DNA of 64,000 bases from Utricularia gibba. Its lineage: Eukaryota > Plantae > Magnoliophyta. The notes under the pieces are model-generated. The model saw only the letters and a program-made list of their open reading frames with translations, did not search any database and was not told where the DNA came from. Location: NCBI GenBank assembly GCA_002189035.1, contig NEEC01000007.1, positions 868,001 through 932,000 of the forward strand. The letters run 5' to 3'. Within the stretch, counting starts at the first letter, position 1, and every line of letters starts with the position of its first letter. Of the stretch, positions 60,297-64,000 are shown one piece after another. Both the position numbers and the translations under genes were made by a program.

Positions 60297-62153
60297 TCAC
60301 CATCTCAACTTGGAAGGAAAATACTGCAGATTGCAATGGAAAGTAAACAATTAATTAAGACGCCTCTTTGTTCTTCAGTTACTGCACATGTCACAAGTTC
60401 ATGCAACAAGTTTGTACCTTGTTAATCAGAGACAGGTAATATGGCTTCACTTTCTCCACATCTATGCGGACCTTGCTCTTGCTGTACAGATCGTATTTGC
60501 TGCAAAATGGATGGGATGAATCAATACGAGCAAAGATTTCTTTTGTTACGAGAGAGATGTGGTGAGATTTTACTTGAAGATTTGGAGCCACTTGAGATTT
60601 TCCTTGTCTTCCTCATTCATCAGGTACTTGTATGCCCCTGAAGTGTGCAAGGCTGCACCAGAAGAGAGTCGTTTCCCATCAGATAATAAGCCCTTTAAAA
60701 GCTACCCTGAGGTGCGGTTTAATTTGTTTACCGTAGAAAGAGTGGTATCTGACGATGAAAAGACCAGCAGAGGGCAAGGTGCTCTTATTTTCCTTTGCAA
60801 CCTTGAGGAGGAGAAGTAAAAAAGCAGTGAGATTGGGAAGCGCAAACAGTTTGAATCATGGAGTTTATCATGTAGCGAGTGTTTTACCAAATACATGTAG
60901 TCATCATGCCCCCAAGACATGAGAACATTCTCCAGCCCACAACCTTCTTCGTACACACCGAGTGTAGTGTTGTAGGCCGAGTTCTTGCTGTCAGGATTTT
61001 CACTGAAATACTGAAGAACACCAAAAACATCAGGCTAAACGCCAATAAAGTTGTCCAATGCGTCTGTTATGAAATTTGAAGTACCTTATGGTGAACTATG
61101 GACTTGTCAAAGGCGCAACCAACCGGAAACGTGTCACCTAAACACAGATTGTAAAAAAGTTACTTTTTTTTACCATCATGTAAGAATAATGAACCTGTTT
61201 TCACTTACCAACAACAGCCCATTGTGGAAGCTCCCCGAAGCTGGTATGGAGAAGAACCTTTCCGAGATCTAAAACAGAAACACTCGCTTAGGTCAACAAA
61301 GAAGAATAAAGCAGATTTTGTGTATGTCAACTCGAATCTTAAGAGGATAATTGGTATTATACCATGAATGAGACCAGTCAAGTGGAGCCAGTCCTCATCA
61401 GGATAGTCTTTCCTGATGGCCTCAGCAGTTTGCAAGAGATGCTCAATTTGTGGCTCATCCAAATCAGGGTCACTCTCATCAACAACATCGTTAAGAAGCT
61501 CACAACATTCCCAGATGCTCATCTCCACCTTGTCCAGCTTCCCATATGCGTCCCTCATTTTTCTTACCTACGTGCCACGAAAGCACACAAACAGGCTCAA
61601 AATTTACGAAACAACAGAGGTAAAAGTCAGTTTTTTGGTAAAAGAAACAGTGACTCACAAAGTTATAAGTCTGGTTAATGTGATTTCGCTTGTAAAACAT
61701 CTCCACTCCTTCCTGTCTTTCACTTTTAGCATTATCATAGTCCCTGGTTCACAATACAAATACTTGAGAAATCCATACAAAAAATCCTTGCTTGCGAGCC
61801 CAAACGAACCAAAAGCCCAACTGCATTGGGCTAAGATGCGGTTCAAAAAACCAGATTCCATGCAATCCCATCATCTAATCATTAACCGTCACTTTCAATC
61901 AAAAGAAAATGAACTAAACTTCATGTTGCAATCAAATCGAAGAATACCTGAAGTTGTGGCCAAAGGAATTAGCATGCGGCACCACGAACCCTCCATCCAG
62001 AACCAGATCAGTCTCCACAACCTCCTCCAACTTCTTCTCCTCCACCACTACAATTGCAGATTCCTAAACCCGATCAACACCAAAATCTAAGACCAAAAAA
62101 ACCAGAAATTCAAAGGAATTACCGATCTGAGGCTGCTCAATGACGATAGTCAT
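60297..62153 (-). CDS. MIOX: myo-Inositol oxygenase
   Basis: Eleven short exons from [10 protein letters not shown] (62153) to YFPSKLRW* (60297). Motifs [10 protein letters not shown]...[51 protein letters not shown]. Confidence 0.96.
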
Positions 62154-64000
62154 CTTGAATCAACGTTGAAGAGAAAGATACGGAAACCTAAGATGAGAAG
62201 ATTGCGAAGACGAGATTGCATATTTCGAGAATGTAGGTGAGGCCTATTTATAGCCGCCGGCGAGCCCTTCCCTGAGAATTCGGAAGCCGCGAGTCCTCAA
62301 TGCCAATATTTATGTCCTTCTCTGTAAAACTCAAAACTTCCGAGTCCTCCCGGTTGCTAAATCGACATATTTTCTATTTTATAACTGATTTTAAAAAAGA
62401 GATATTTCGCGTGTGCGGGGCCCATGATGACTCAGCAGCGAGCTGGAGATCATATACTCTTCTGCAACGGTAATGGCTGGCCCTGACGTGGAATTGACAA
62501 GGAGCGGGACTCATCATCTCTCACCACGTGCTCACCCTGCCGCATTTCTTTATTTTTAACCGTCCGTTTTTTTTCGTGTTAAAATTCGATGAAACTGAAA
62601 AATATCAACGGTCAGGATCTGTCCAGCTGGAAAATCAGTTTATTATATTATATTGCAACTTAATAAATTACGAGCAATTAGTAAAATATAATTATAAAAA
62701 GAATTTATGCACTGTATGATTTAAAATCCTTCTATCATTCCAAATTGATACTATTACATTTGAATTTTTTTAAATTTGAGAGTTGGGATTTGATCCTATT
62801 CAATAAATAAACAAATCGGATTGAATCAGATTCAACCCCAAATTCTAATGTTACTTGAAATATTAAAATTAATAATTCGATGAATCTAGTGAATACGTGA
62901 CTAAATTTCAAGTACATAACAAACTTTTTATCGTATCTAAAAAGCTTAGTTCCAATCAATTATTCATGATATATAAACTTTTATATATATGATCATATTA
63001 CTTTAATTTTTCGATATAGAATTGGAGTAAGTATCGATAAGTAACAAAAATCCCATGAATTGGAGTCTGAATATCTTATTGTAGGGATGGAGAATGATCG
63101 AGAATGCCCAACAACTGCCTAACAACCATTCCATAAAGCAAATGAAGTTCAACCACTATTCAATATGTATACATGTGACAGACAGCTTCAGGCAGGCCGT
63201 AGGATTCTGTGGCCTGTCCGAAAGAGGCATCCTCGTTATGGGAAAACGTGAGTGAGGGTTTGGTGGGTCTGAATTGGGTGAAAATATCAGTAATTCCGGT
63301 GCGTAGATTTTATTAATGAACATCTACGCTAATTTTGTTGCGGTTATGGTATGACAGGTGGATGTGGACTGTTCGAAATGTAATGTGCGGTGTGCACGCC
63401 TCCAGGTGTCGCCCACTCTGAGGTTGGTAACTGTTGAAATCATGTATTAATGTTGATAGTTGCTTGCTAAGCAGTAAGCCTCAAAACCAGCCCGAGCTCA
63501 TCCCGCAAATGGAACTGAAGCCATTTGCTTGGACACCACGAACAAACAATCGTACATCAGAAGATAAAAAAGAAATATAAGAAATTGTATATCAATAGTA
63601 ATTGTTTGAGTTTAATATTTTCTAATATAATTTATATTTATTATGCATTTGAATTTTATATGTGTTTGTTCTAATTATCGGATTCTTAATTTTAACGAAT
63701 AGGACTTGGAAGACGGTAGCAGAGAGCCGCATAAGGAATCTCAATGATTAGGTGTTATTGAAAAAGAGTGAAGCGTGAGACGTAGACATTTTAAGAAGGT
63801 TGAAATTAAGTATTCGACGTAATGAATAAACACACATGTAAACATTAAAAATAAGATGGGAAAAATCATGGGTGTGAAGATCAAGTATATTATAAAAATA
63901 AATTGCATTTTAAAAAATTAGACATAATTGATTTTAGTAATCTATAAGAACATCTTTATTAATATCCGGAAATACTGACCTGACATTTTTGGAAATTGAG

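Noticed and set aside
63301-63329. Hairpin GCGTAGAT...ATCTACGC, reminiscent of a Cas12a repeat stem
   Set aside because: Single copy in a plant genome with no array or cas genes; no CRISPR, rRNA or tRNA signal anywhere in the window.

Overview
Plant nuclear genomic DNA from an unusually compact eudicot genome. About 24 gene loci are packed into 64 kb, and most introns are about 65-110 nt. A Lamiales/Lentibulariaceae-like origin is plausible but is only an inference. Genes in order: serine racemase (3' part), NOB1, an NT-C2/coiled-coil protein, LEA_2/NHL protein, HPPR-like reductase, RopGEF, plastid RPS17, CCMH, Aux/IAA, WD40 protein, DREB/TINY-like AP2 factor, ENODL, NUP35, GATA factor, DUF761 protein, IQD, an uncharacterised membrane protein, profilin, a HAD-IIIB acid phosphatase/VSP-like protein, a tandem duplication block and MIOX. 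The most interesting part is 51970-59677, a tandem duplication of a ~3 kb unit. It produced two copies of a small secreted 8-Cys peptide gene (C-x2-C-x-CC-x7-CC-x-CC) that the ORF track misses because it is spliced. The two copies have identical signal-peptide exons but 8 amino-acid differences in the mature exon. The block also holds a pseudogenised PPR copy, a solo LTR with a nested Tourist-like MITE upstream of one peptide copy, and telomere-like filler at the junction. Other notable items are two putative GC-AG introns in RopGEF, a 67-bp exact duplication containing a UUCG hairpin at the DREB 3' end, altered catalytic motifs in the phosphatase, and 1-nt frameshifts in three otherwise intact genes (real or assembly error). 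No rRNA, tRNA, CRISPR array or confident miRNA was recognised. All alignments were done by eye and homolog comparisons are from memory; no searches were run.
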